DNA of 63,911 nucleotides, the filler included, from Bacteroidales bacterium (GTDB lineage Bacteria > Bacteroidota > Bacteroidia > Bacteroidales > CAIWKO01): assembly GCA_035389045.1 (NCBI GenBank). It is 3 parts of 3 records of this genome, joined end to end, with 100 filler letters (N's around TTAATTAATTAA, not from the genome) between each part and the next. Parts side by side here need not be neighbours in the genome. Positions count along the whole stretch, not along the records: positions 1 to 26,800 come from DAOORA010000005.1; 2 more parts are not named here. One strand, given 5' to 3'. Under the pieces are notes generated by a model. That model worked only from the letters and a program-made list of their open reading frames with translations. It did no database searches and was not told the DNA's origin. Below, piece by piece: positions 10,030 to 18,703 of the stretch. A program made the translations under genes and the position numbers. Position 1 is the first letter of the stretch; each line of letters opens with the position of its first letter.

Positions 10030-11952
10030 ATGAACCCCAAAGAAAAAATATCAAAACCCGGGCAAAAAACGGGCAAGCCTAAAAAAGCAAACGACAGATC
10101 AAAAAGAAAATATAGCAATGTATTGATCTGGTCAGGCATAGCCATCATTATTCTCACCACTTTCTTTATCTATCTGAAAGCGGTGAATTACAGGTTCCTG
10201 TTCAACTGGGATGATGACAGTTACATTATTGACAATGTTGACATCAAAGATCTCAAATGGGCCAATATCAAACTATTCTTCACAAGCTTTTATGTAGGGA
10301 ACTATCAGCCTCTGACCATGTTGTTTTATGCTCTGGAGTACAAGTTAGCCGGGTTGAACGCATCTTTATTTCATTTTAATAATATACTGTTGCACCTGAT
10401 AAATACGTATCTGGTCTTTGTATTAATTAAAAAAATTTCACCGGAAAATATCATTGTTCCATTGATAACCGCCTCTTTATTTGCGGTACACCCTATGCAT
10501 GTCGAATCAGTAGCATGGGTCTCTGAGCGCAAAGATTTGCTCTATTCCTTTTTCTTTCTGCTTTCGCTTATAATGTATATAAAATATCTTAAGGAGGGAG
10601 ATCTAAAATACCTGACCGTGGCCGGGTTGTGTTTCATTTGCTCTTGTCTGAGTAAATCTGCCGCGGTTATTCTGCCCCTGGTCATGCTTCTTTTTGATTA
10701 TTATACCAACAGGAAATACTCATGGAAGATGTTCCTTGAAAAAATTCCTTTCTTAGCTGTTTCTGTAATTACGGGCATCGTGGCGATATATTCGCAGCAG
10801 GACGCCATCAGGGATATGCCCCCTCAAATGTCATTCATTGAGCAGGTTGCAGTGGTTTCTCATTCATTTATCAGTTATATTGTCAGGGCTTTTGTGCCGG
10901 TGAACCTTGCAGTAATCTATCCCTACCCGAAAGAGATCGGCAGTGTCCTGCCGGTATTGTATTATCTGGCCATTCCCTGTGTGGCAGGTCTGATAATTTT
11001 AGTTTGGTATTCTCGTAAATGGGGAAAAGATGGCGTCTTCGGCACTTTGTTTTTTCTGATAAACATTATTCTCGTGCTTCAGTTTTTGCCTGTCGGGGCT
11101 GCTGCCCTGGCCGACAGATACACCTATATGTCCTATACCGGCATTTTCTTCATCATTGGAAAACTAACAGCCTATATGACGAGTAACACTAATGCTTTTT
11201 TCAGAAAATATAAAAACAGCGTCATAATTGCTTTCCTGCTTGTTTTCATAGTATTTTCGGTCATAAGCCATCAGCGGGTAAAGCAATGGACCGATGTTGA
11301 TACGCTTTTTTCGGATGGCATTGAAAAATACCCGCACAGTTATTTATCACATTATATCCGGGGTGTTTGTTACCTAAAATACCATGCCTTGATTTTAAAT
11401 GCCAGTGACCCTGTAAAAAAAGAAATGTATGTGAAAAAATCCATGGACGACTTTAGTAAGGCTATATTATTTCGCAGAAATTATCCGGATGCGTACTCCA
11501 ACAGAGGTTATGCCAAAGGTTTATTAAATAATTATCCGGCTGCCATCAATGATTACGACAGCGCACTTTTGCTTGATCCCAAATATACTAATGCATTAAT
11601 CAACCGCGGTGAAGCAAAACGTGAGCTGAAAGATTATAATGGTGCTCTTGAAGATTTTACCAAAGCCATTGAAGTAAGCCCGCAAAGCGCTATTGCTTAT
11701 CATACAAGAGGTTCAGCAAAATTTTTTCTGGAAGATTACAAAGGCGCTCTTGAAGATTACGACAGCGCGCTGAAAATTGACACTCTTTTTACAATGGCTT
11801 ATAATAACAGAGGCTCAACAAAATTCTTGCTGCAGGATTACGAAGGCGCTCTCGCAGATTACAATATTTCTATTAAATTAGATCCACAAAATGCAGAAGC
11901 GTTGAAAAACAGGGAAGTAGTTCTGGCGAAATTAATGAATACAGTTAAATAA
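10030..11952 (+). CDS. TMTC-like GT-C glycosyltransferase + TPR (paralog 2)
   Basis: NWDD, YQP, FAVHPMHVESVAWVSERKD, ADRYTY; shorter TPR tail. Confidence 0.85.
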   Translation: MNPKEKISKPGQKTGKPKKANDRSKRKYSNVLIWSGIAIIILTTFFIYLKAVNYRFLFNWDDDSYIIDNVDIKDLKWANIKLFFTSFYVGNYQPLTMLFYALEYKLAGLNASLFHFNNILLHLINTYLVFVLIKKISPENIIVPLITASLFAVHPMHVESVAWVSERKDLLYSFFFLLSLIMYIKYLKEGDLKYLTVAGLCFICSCLSKSAAVILPLVMLLFDYYTNRKYSWKMFLEKIPFLAVSVITGIVAIYSQQDAIRDMPPQMSFIEQVAVVSHSFISYIVRAFVPVNLAVIYPYPKEIGSVLPVLYYLAIPCVAGLIILVWYSRKWGKDGVFGTLFFLINIILVLQFLPVGAAALADRYTYMSYTGIFFIIGKLTAYMTSNTNAFFRKYKNSVIIAFLLVFIVFSVISHQRVKQWTDVDTLFSDGIEKYPHSYLSHYIRGVCYLKYHALILNASDPVKKEMYVKKSMDDFSKAILFRRNYPDAYSNRGYAKGLLNNYPAAINDYDSALLLDPKYTNALINRGEAKRELKDYNGALEDFTKAIEVSPQSAIAYHTRGSAKFFLEDYKGALEDYDSALKIDTLFTMAYNNRGSTKFLLQDYEGALADYNISIKLDPQNAEALKNREVVLAKLMNTVK

Positions 11953-12003
11953 CTTATGGCTGAAGGGTAATTAAATATATGTTCTTTCGTAATAATTTAA
12001 AAA

Positions 12004-13926
12004 GTGAAAACAAAAGACAAGGATAAAAGAATAAATAAATATCAAGTACAACAGAAGAAAGCCACTCAGGCGTCCGGCACTAAGTTCATCAGCACATGGG
12101 CGTGGGCTGCTTTAGGGATTGTTTTACTGACAACATTGGTGATCTATGTCAGGGCTATAGGCTTCGACTTTCTTCAGAACTGGGATGACCAGGCATATAT
12201 ACGTGAAAACGAACACATTAAAAATCTGAATCCGGACAGCATCAAGCTGTTTTTCACCGAATTTTATGTGCAGAATTACCAGCCGTTTACCATGCTTACC
12301 TATGCCATTGACTATAAGATCGGCGGCGGCGATGCTTCGCTGTTTCACTTCAACAACATCTTACTGCATCTGCTGAATACAATACTGGTATTTCTGCTGA
12401 TCAAAAAGATCATTCCCCAAAACGACCGTGTGGCCATAATTACCGCTGCCTTTTTTGCTGTACACCCTATGCACATCGAATCGGTGGCATGGGTGGCTGA
12501 GAGAAAAGACGTACTGTATTCCTTTTTCTTTATACTCGCACTACTAATGTATACAACTTACCTTAAATCTCAAAAAATCAAACACTTGTCTGTTGCCTTT
12601 CTATTTTTTGTCCTCTCCTGTTTAAGCAAGTCTGCAGCTGTAATATTACCGTTGGTGATGCTGCTTTTTGATTACTACCTGAAACGGGAATTTAAAATAA
12701 AAATCATCCTTGAAAAGCTGCCTTTCTTTGCCGTATCACTCGTATTCGGGATTATTGCCATGTACTCCCAGAAAGGTGCTATTCAGTATCTGGCGCCTGA
12801 AATGACCTTTATGGAACATATTTCTGTGTTTTCGTTTTCCTTTTTATCATATATAATCAAAGCTTTTGTCCCTGTAAATCTTTCGGCTATATACCCCTAT
12901 CCCGCTGAACTGGGTGGAATGCTGCCCCTGTGGTATTACCTTTCGATACCATGCATTATCCTGTTGCTCCTGTTTGTATGGTATTCGCTGAGGTGGGGAA
13001 AAGACATCGTTTTCGGATTCCTCTTCTTTTTAATTACCATCATCCTTGTGCTTCAGTTTATCCCTGTCGGAGCTGCATCCATGGCCGACCGTTATACATA
13101 TATTCCTTATATAGGTATTTTTTTCCTTACCGGCAAGTTGTTTGAATATGTTTCTTACGGTACCCATAAAAAAATTAATAAAGCGAAAAACTATTTTATT
13201 GCAGCATTAGCACTGGCTTTTATCCTGTTTTCCGTCATCAGCTTCGGCAGGGTAAAAAAATGGGAAAATGATGAAATACTGTTTTCCGATGTTAAGAAAA
13301 AATATCCCGGGGCTGCCCTGCCCTATTTTATTACCGGGGATTATTACCTGGCCTATTACCGTGCTTATGCGGATGACAAAAATAAAAGGGATGCTTATCT
13401 GAAGAAAGCCTATCAGGAATATGCAAATGCCCTGAAACGTTCAGTAAAAAAGACGGATAAAATAAAAGCATATAAGAATATGGGAAGCGCTGTCTATAAT
13501 ATGGGGATTTTTCCCCATGCCATAAGTATTTACGACAGCGTCATCGCTCTGGATGAAAATAATGCTGATGCCTATTCCGGCCGGGGCAATGCTAAACGTG
13601 AACTAAAAAAATATGACGCAGCCCTTACCGACCTGAATCATGCGCTGACACTGGATCCGGACAATGCGCTGATATACAGCAACAGAGGCATTACAAAATA
13701 TAATATGAATGATTTTCAGGGTGCCTTTGAAGATTTTGACCAGGCCATAAAAAGAAACAGCAATTATGCCAAAGCCTATAACGACAGAGGCTCTGCAAGG
13801 TTTATGCTGAAAGATTATGACGGAGCGCTGAAAGATTACAGTAAGGCTGTGGAATTAAATCCTAAATATGCCGAAGCCATCAATAACCGGAATATGGTTC
13901 TGACACTTATGGAGAATTCAAAATAA
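12004..13926 (+). CDS. TMTC-like GT-C glycosyltransferase + TPR (paralog 3)
   Basis: GTG start; NWDD, YQP, FAVHPMHIESVAWVAERKD, ADRYTY; TPR tail. Confidence 0.85.
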   Translation: MKTKDKDKRINKYQVQQKKATQASGTKFISTWAWAALGIVLLTTLVIYVRAIGFDFLQNWDDQAYIRENEHIKNLNPDSIKLFFTEFYVQNYQPFTMLTYAIDYKIGGGDASLFHFNNILLHLLNTILVFLLIKKIIPQNDRVAIITAAFFAVHPMHIESVAWVAERKDVLYSFFFILALLMYTTYLKSQKIKHLSVAFLFFVLSCLSKSAAVILPLVMLLFDYYLKREFKIKIILEKLPFFAVSLVFGIIAMYSQKGAIQYLAPEMTFMEHISVFSFSFLSYIIKAFVPVNLSAIYPYPAELGGMLPLWYYLSIPCIILLLLFVWYSLRWGKDIVFGFLFFLITIILVLQFIPVGAASMADRYTYIPYIGIFFLTGKLFEYVSYGTHKKINKAKNYFIAALALAFILFSVISFGRVKKWENDEILFSDVKKKYPGAALPYFITGDYYLAYYRAYADDKNKRDAYLKKAYQEYANALKRSVKKTDKIKAYKNMGSAVYNMGIFPHAISIYDSVIALDENNADAYSGRGNAKRELKKYDAALTDLNHALTLDPDNALIYSNRGITKYNMNDFQGAFEDFDQAIKRNSNYAKAYNDRGSARFMLKDYDGALKDYSKAVELNPKYAEAINNRNMVLTLMENSK

Positions 13927-14003
13927 CCCTGAACATAACACCCCATCAGGCAAAGACAGCAGGAACTTAAAGAATATATTGCTGAGGCAAATATCGTTCA
14001 CAG

Positions 14004-16106
14004 ATGCAAAAAGACAAGTGTCAGAAAAATAACAAACAAAAAGCCACCCCGGGAAATGCAGCCCCCATTGCTGACAGATGGCTATGGATTGCCATAGCGC
14101 TTGTTTTATTTACCGTGGTTGCCATTTATTTTAAAGCCTTGTCATTTGATTTTCTGCATACCTGGGATGATAATTATTATATAAGCGGGAACAGTCATAT
14201 AAAAAATATGGGCTGGATAAATATAAAACGCTTTTTTACAGAGTTTTATGTCGGCAATTACCATCCTCTCACCATGCTGATGTATGCTGCCGAATATAAG
14301 GTAGCCGGAGATTCAGCATTATTATTTCGACTAAGCAATATATTGCTTCATATGGCCAATACGGTGCTGGTTTTTGTTGTAATCAGAAAAATATATACCG
14401 GGAATGTGCTGGTTGCATTGATTACTGCTGCTTTTTTTGGCGTTCATCCAATGCATGTCGAATCGGTTGCCTGGATATCCGAAAGAAAAGATGTGCTATA
14501 CGCATTTTTCTTTCTTCTTTCGCTGATCATGTATACCAACTACCTTCAAACCAAGCGGTTAAACCAAATAATTTCAGCTTTAGTTTTTTTTCTGTTTTCG
14601 TGCCTGAGCAAGCCGGCGGCGGTTATTATACCTTTAGTAATGCTTCTTTTTGATTATTACACCAACCGAAAATACGAAAAGAAATTACTGCTTGAAAAAA
14701 TCCCTTTTTTTGTGATTTCTATACTTTTCGGAGTCATTGCGCTTTTTTCACAGCAGGATGCCGTCAGGGAAATACCCTCTGACATCCCTTTCATGCAGCA
14801 CATTGCGATAATTTCATTTTCATTTGTGAGCTACCTGTATAAAGCATTGCTGCCTGTGAAATTATCTGCAGTTTATCCCTATCCCACTGAAGGTGGAAGC
14901 GCACCCTTAATAATATATTATATTTCTATATTACTTGTTTTGCTTATACTTTGGGGGGTATGGTATTCGCGCAAATGGGGAAAAGATACGGTATTTGGTT
15001 TTCTGTTCTTTGTCATAACCATAATACTGGTCTTGCAGTTTATTCCGATAGGTACGGCCTCTATGGCCGAAAGGTATACGTATATTCCTTACATAGGCTT
15101 GTTTTTTGTGGCAGGCCGCTTTTTTGAGTTTCTGCAGAAAAATATGACAGGAAAATTTTCCGGGTATAAAATTTACCTCTCCCTGATATTTATTCTGGGG
15201 TTCATTATTTTTTCAATTATATCAGGCCAGCGTGTAAAAACCTGGAAAAACGATGACATTCTCTTCTCGGATGTTATAGCAAAATACCCCGGATGTAAAC
15301 TTGCTTATCTGAACCGGGGATCATATTATTATCAGGTATATGCTTCTATTACAGACGGAAGCTATAATCCGGAGAAAGACAAGTATTTGAAAATGGCGCT
15401 ACAGGATTTTGATAAGGCCATTGCGATAGATAACAATTATTGTAAAGCTTATTCCAACAGGGGCCTGGCGAGGTACAATTTAAATGACTATAAAGGCGCC
15501 ATACAGGATCTGGACAAAGCCATTGAAATAAATCCCGATATTGCAGTACAGTATTATTACCGGGGTAATGCCAGAAAAGCGCTTCATAATTATGCCGGAG
15601 CCATTAAAGATTACGACCTGGCTATTAAATTGGATACCTTGTTTATTGACGCATACAACAACCGGGGTTCTGCAAAAAACATCACAGGTGATTATCGCGG
15701 CGCTATTGGAGATTTCAGCATGTTAATCCGATTATCCCCGGGTAATTCCATAGCATATTTCAACAGGGGGCTCAATGAAAATGCCATCAGCGATTATAAA
15801 AACGCCATAAAGGATTTTAACAAGGCCATTGAAATAGATACCGGTTTTGCCATGTCCTATTATCACCGGGGCAAAGCCAAATACCTGTCGGAAGATTACG
15901 AAGGCGCCATCTGGGATTTCGGCGCAGTGATCAGGAGAAACCCGCAGGATGCCGTGCCATATAATCAAAGAGGCAACGCACGCTACCAGCTGAAAGATTA
16001 CCGGGGCGCCCTGGAAGAATACAGCAAGGCCATTGAACGGCACCCTCAATATACCGAAGCCATTTATAACAGGGATATGGTTTTAAGGATATTGAAGAAT
16101 CAATAA
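14004..16106 (+). CDS. TMTC-like GT-C glycosyltransferase + TPR (paralog 4)
   Basis: TWDD, YHP, FGVHPMHVESVAWISERKD, SKP, AERYTY; long TPR tail. Confidence 0.85.
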   Translation: MQKDKCQKNNKQKATPGNAAPIADRWLWIAIALVLFTVVAIYFKALSFDFLHTWDDNYYISGNSHIKNMGWINIKRFFTEFYVGNYHPLTMLMYAAEYKVAGDSALLFRLSNILLHMANTVLVFVVIRKIYTGNVLVALITAAFFGVHPMHVESVAWISERKDVLYAFFFLLSLIMYTNYLQTKRLNQIISALVFFLFSCLSKPAAVIIPLVMLLFDYYTNRKYEKKLLLEKIPFFVISILFGVIALFSQQDAVREIPSDIPFMQHIAIISFSFVSYLYKALLPVKLSAVYPYPTEGGSAPLIIYYISILLVLLILWGVWYSRKWGKDTVFGFLFFVITIILVLQFIPIGTASMAERYTYIPYIGLFFVAGRFFEFLQKNMTGKFSGYKIYLSLIFILGFIIFSIISGQRVKTWKNDDILFSDVIAKYPGCKLAYLNRGSYYYQVYASITDGSYNPEKDKYLKMALQDFDKAIAIDNNYCKAYSNRGLARYNLNDYKGAIQDLDKAIEINPDIAVQYYYRGNARKALHNYAGAIKDYDLAIKLDTLFIDAYNNRGSAKNITGDYRGAIGDFSMLIRLSPGNSIAYFNRGLNENAISDYKNAIKDFNKAIEIDTGFAMSYYHRGKAKYLSEDYEGAIWDFGAVIRRNPQDAVPYNQRGNARYQLKDYRGALEEYSKAIERHPQYTEAIYNRDMVLRILKNQ

Positions 16107-16360
16107 TACAGGGTTGGCAAAAGTATTAACAACGGACCGATATTCTTTGATAATAAATGCGCCATGAGTCAATAAATACATGACCTTTAATCTGTCACAG
16201 CGGTTCGCATATTTTTTTTATATTCTCTGCTTCAATCTGTTTTGTCCGCAGGAAACAATTTTCATTGTCTTAAGCAAAGGTCGGGAGAAAACATGCTCTC
16301 TGAAAATTTTACCCTGCCTTGCAAGAAAAAAATATTTACCTTCGCCGAAAATTACACTTG

Positions 16361-17335
16361 ATGAAAGTTGCCGTCACAGGCGCAAGCGGACATGTCGGGG
16401 CCAATTTGTGTCCGTTGCTTATAGAAAAAGGGTTTGAAGTCAACGTATTATCATTCAGAGATGACAGAGCTTTTCGCCATCTTCCGCTTACGATTTTCAA
16501 AGGAGATTTAAATGATCCGTCAACACTCGATGCCTTTCTAGAAGGTGCCGATGTGGTTATCAACACTGCGGCATACATTTCGGTAAATCTCAACGATGAC
16601 AATACGGTATACAGCACCAATGTAAACGGTACCCGCAACCTGGTCAGCAAATGCATGGAGCATCATGTAAAAAGGCTGATCCATTTCAGTTCCATACATG
16701 CTTTCAATCCTTTTCCGCTGAATGAATCTCTTGATGAAGAACGTCCTCTGGCTGTCGAACCTGAATTTATCTATGACCGCAGCAAAGCCGATTCTGAAAA
16801 GATCATAAGAAAAGCGAACTGTAAAACGCTGGAAACAGTGGTACTGAACCCGACGTCTATTATTGGTCCCGGCGACCATAAACCTTCACTCATCGGCCGT
16901 ACCCTCCTGAACCTGTACCATAAGAAACTTCCTGCCCTGGTCCGTGGTGGTTACGATTTTGTGGACGTACGTGACGTAGCTCAGGCTGCTGTGAATGCAA
17001 TAACCCTGGCCAGAGCCGGCGAAAAATACCTGTTGTCGGGAAAATGGCATAGCATAAGGGAGTTCGGTGATACCTTCAGCACGATAAGCGGGATAAAACG
17101 TCCGTGGTTTATATGCCCGCTATGGCTTGCCAAAGCCGCCTTACCTGTAGTCAGACCATTCCTGAACAAAGAGATACGGGTGGTCTTTAACAGACAAACC
17201 ATTACCATTCTGGCTGAAAGCAACAGGAACATCTCGTCAGCGAAAGCCCGAAAAGAACTGGAATTTAAAAACAGAAATATCAGTGAGAGCATCGGCGATG
17301 CCCTGCACTGGTTCAAAGAAAACAGCTATTTATAG
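16361..17335 (+). CDS. NAD-dependent epimerase/dehydratase (extended SDR; dihydroflavonol reductase/3-beta-HSD/HpnA-like)
   Basis: MKVAVTGASGHVG Rossmann motif, YDRSK (YxxxK), FVDVRDVA; ATG at 16361 preferred over TTG 16319, with a TACCTTCG promoter-like box at 16337-16344. Confidence 0.85.
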   Translation: MKVAVTGASGHVGANLCPLLIEKGFEVNVLSFRDDRAFRHLPLTIFKGDLNDPSTLDAFLEGADVVINTAAYISVNLNDDNTVYSTNVNGTRNLVSKCMEHHVKRLIHFSSIHAFNPFPLNESLDEERPLAVEPEFIYDRSKADSEKIIRKANCKTLETVVLNPTSIIGPGDHKPSLIGRTLLNLYHKKLPALVRGGYDFVDVRDVAQAAVNAITLARAGEKYLLSGKWHSIREFGDTFSTISGIKRPWFICPLWLAKAALPVVRPFLNKEIRVVFNRQTITILAESNRNISSAKARKELEFKNRNISESIGDALHWFKENSYL

Positions 17336-17345
17336 CCCATCGACG

Positions 17346-18101
17346 ATGATATCTGAATATACTTTTAATATAATATTAATTTGCTGGATTTTATTTGGCC
17401 TCATCATTTTCGGGGTTCTTTTTAAAATTACGGCGCCTTACGGCAAATTTTTAAGCAATAAATGGGGCGCCCTGATCAACAACCGTCTGGGATGGATCAT
17501 CATGGAATCTCCGCCGCTGATCCTGTTTTCATTCTTTTTTTTCCGCGGCGACAATACCACAAATCCGGTATGTCTGGTTATTTATTTGATATGGATGCTG
17601 CATTATGTCAACCGCGACCTCATTTTTCCTTTCAGACTGAAGACAAATGGCAAAAAAATGCCTGCTGTGATCATGAGTTTCGGCTTGATATACAATACGT
17701 TCAATGCTTTTTTCAACGGGTATTATCTTGGTTTTTTTGCCAATTATCAAAACTCCTGGTTCACCGATTACCGCTTTGTTGCCGGAGTGATCATCTTTAT
17801 TGCCGGTTTTATCATCAACATAAGTTCCGATAATATCCTTTTCAAACTCCGTAAACATTCGTTCGATTATAAGATTCCTCAGGGAGGGCTGTTTCGTTTT
17901 GTTTCCTGTCCGAATTACCTGGGCGAGATCATGGAATGGATGGGTTTTGCCATTCTATCCTGGTCACTCGCCGGTTTTTCATTTTTTGTGTGGACTATGG
18001 TAAACCTTCTGCCAAGGGCTTTTTCGCACCATGATTGGTACAGGAAACACTTCAGCGAATACCCGGCAACCCGTAAAGCGCTGATACCCTTTATCATCTG
18101 A
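17346..18101 (+). CDS. 3-oxo-5-alpha-steroid 4-dehydrogenase (steroid 5-alpha-reductase family)
   Basis: APYGK, WIIMESP, HYVNRDLIFPF, YKIPQGGLFRFVSCPNYLGEIMEW, NLLPRA..HHDWY, RKALIPFI; ATG 17346 lies 10 nt after the SDR stop. Confidence 0.92.
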   Translation: MISEYTFNIILICWILFGLIIFGVLFKITAPYGKFLSNKWGALINNRLGWIIMESPPLILFSFFFFRGDNTTNPVCLVIYLIWMLHYVNRDLIFPFRLKTNGKKMPAVIMSFGLIYNTFNAFFNGYYLGFFANYQNSWFTDYRFVAGVIIFIAGFIINISSDNILFKLRKHSFDYKIPQGGLFRFVSCPNYLGEIMEWMGFAILSWSLAGFSFFVWTMVNLLPRAFSHHDWYRKHFSEYPATRKALIPFII

Positions 18102-18200
18102 TCTGGCTTTTCTCCCCTGGATCATTGATACCTGACTGCCGGTTGAAGTATTGTTTCTTTGTCCTGACACTACGAAAAACTGATGATACCGTCATTCGGA

Positions 18201-18500
18201 TCACATCACCTCCTCGGCGCCGAAAAATTTGTTCAGCACTTCATAGAAATAATTGACCAGCGAGTTTTCTTTTGGCTGGGCCGGCTTCTTTTTGGGAACC
18301 CTGGGTTCTTCGGTTTTCTTACTTTCTCCGGAATTACCGGCTTCTCCGACCTTCTCAAATTTAATTATTAATCCCGGCTGTTCAGGATTTGCTTTCTTAA
18401 GCGTTTCTGATTTTAATACATTTTGACTGAACCTGGTAGCATTACCATGTTTGGGGCTGTATATTTCCATTGTTGTACGATTTAATTGGTTTTTAAGCAT
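18201..18500 (-). CDS. small hypothetical protein (start may be 18470)
   Basis: 99-aa ORF filling the intergenic space; basic low-complexity middle, amphipathic C-terminus. Confidence 0.45.
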   Translation of the reverse strand: MLKNQLNRTTMEIYSPKHGNATRFSQNVLKSETLKKANPEQPGLIIKFEKVGEAGNSGESKKTEEPRVPKKKPAQPKENSLVNYFYEVLNKFFGAEEVM

Positions 18501-18703
18501 TGCTATTTTTTTATTGTTTTACTTTTTCAAATAAACAAATTTTCGTACAAAAATATTGTTTTAAAATGTTGAAATAAAGCTTTTTAATTATAATTCAAGT
18601 TAAATGTAAGCAATTTTTCAAGGCTGAAAATTTAAACTTTAATGTTTAAGTTTTAAAGTTTTTTTTTATAAAAATTTGCATTATCTGAAATTAATCTGTA
18701 TAT

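Noticed and set aside
9100..16080. Recurrent short DNA repeats such as aaaggcgctcttgaagatt
   Set aside because: Explained by TPR coding periodicity (KGALED), not an independent DNA repeat.
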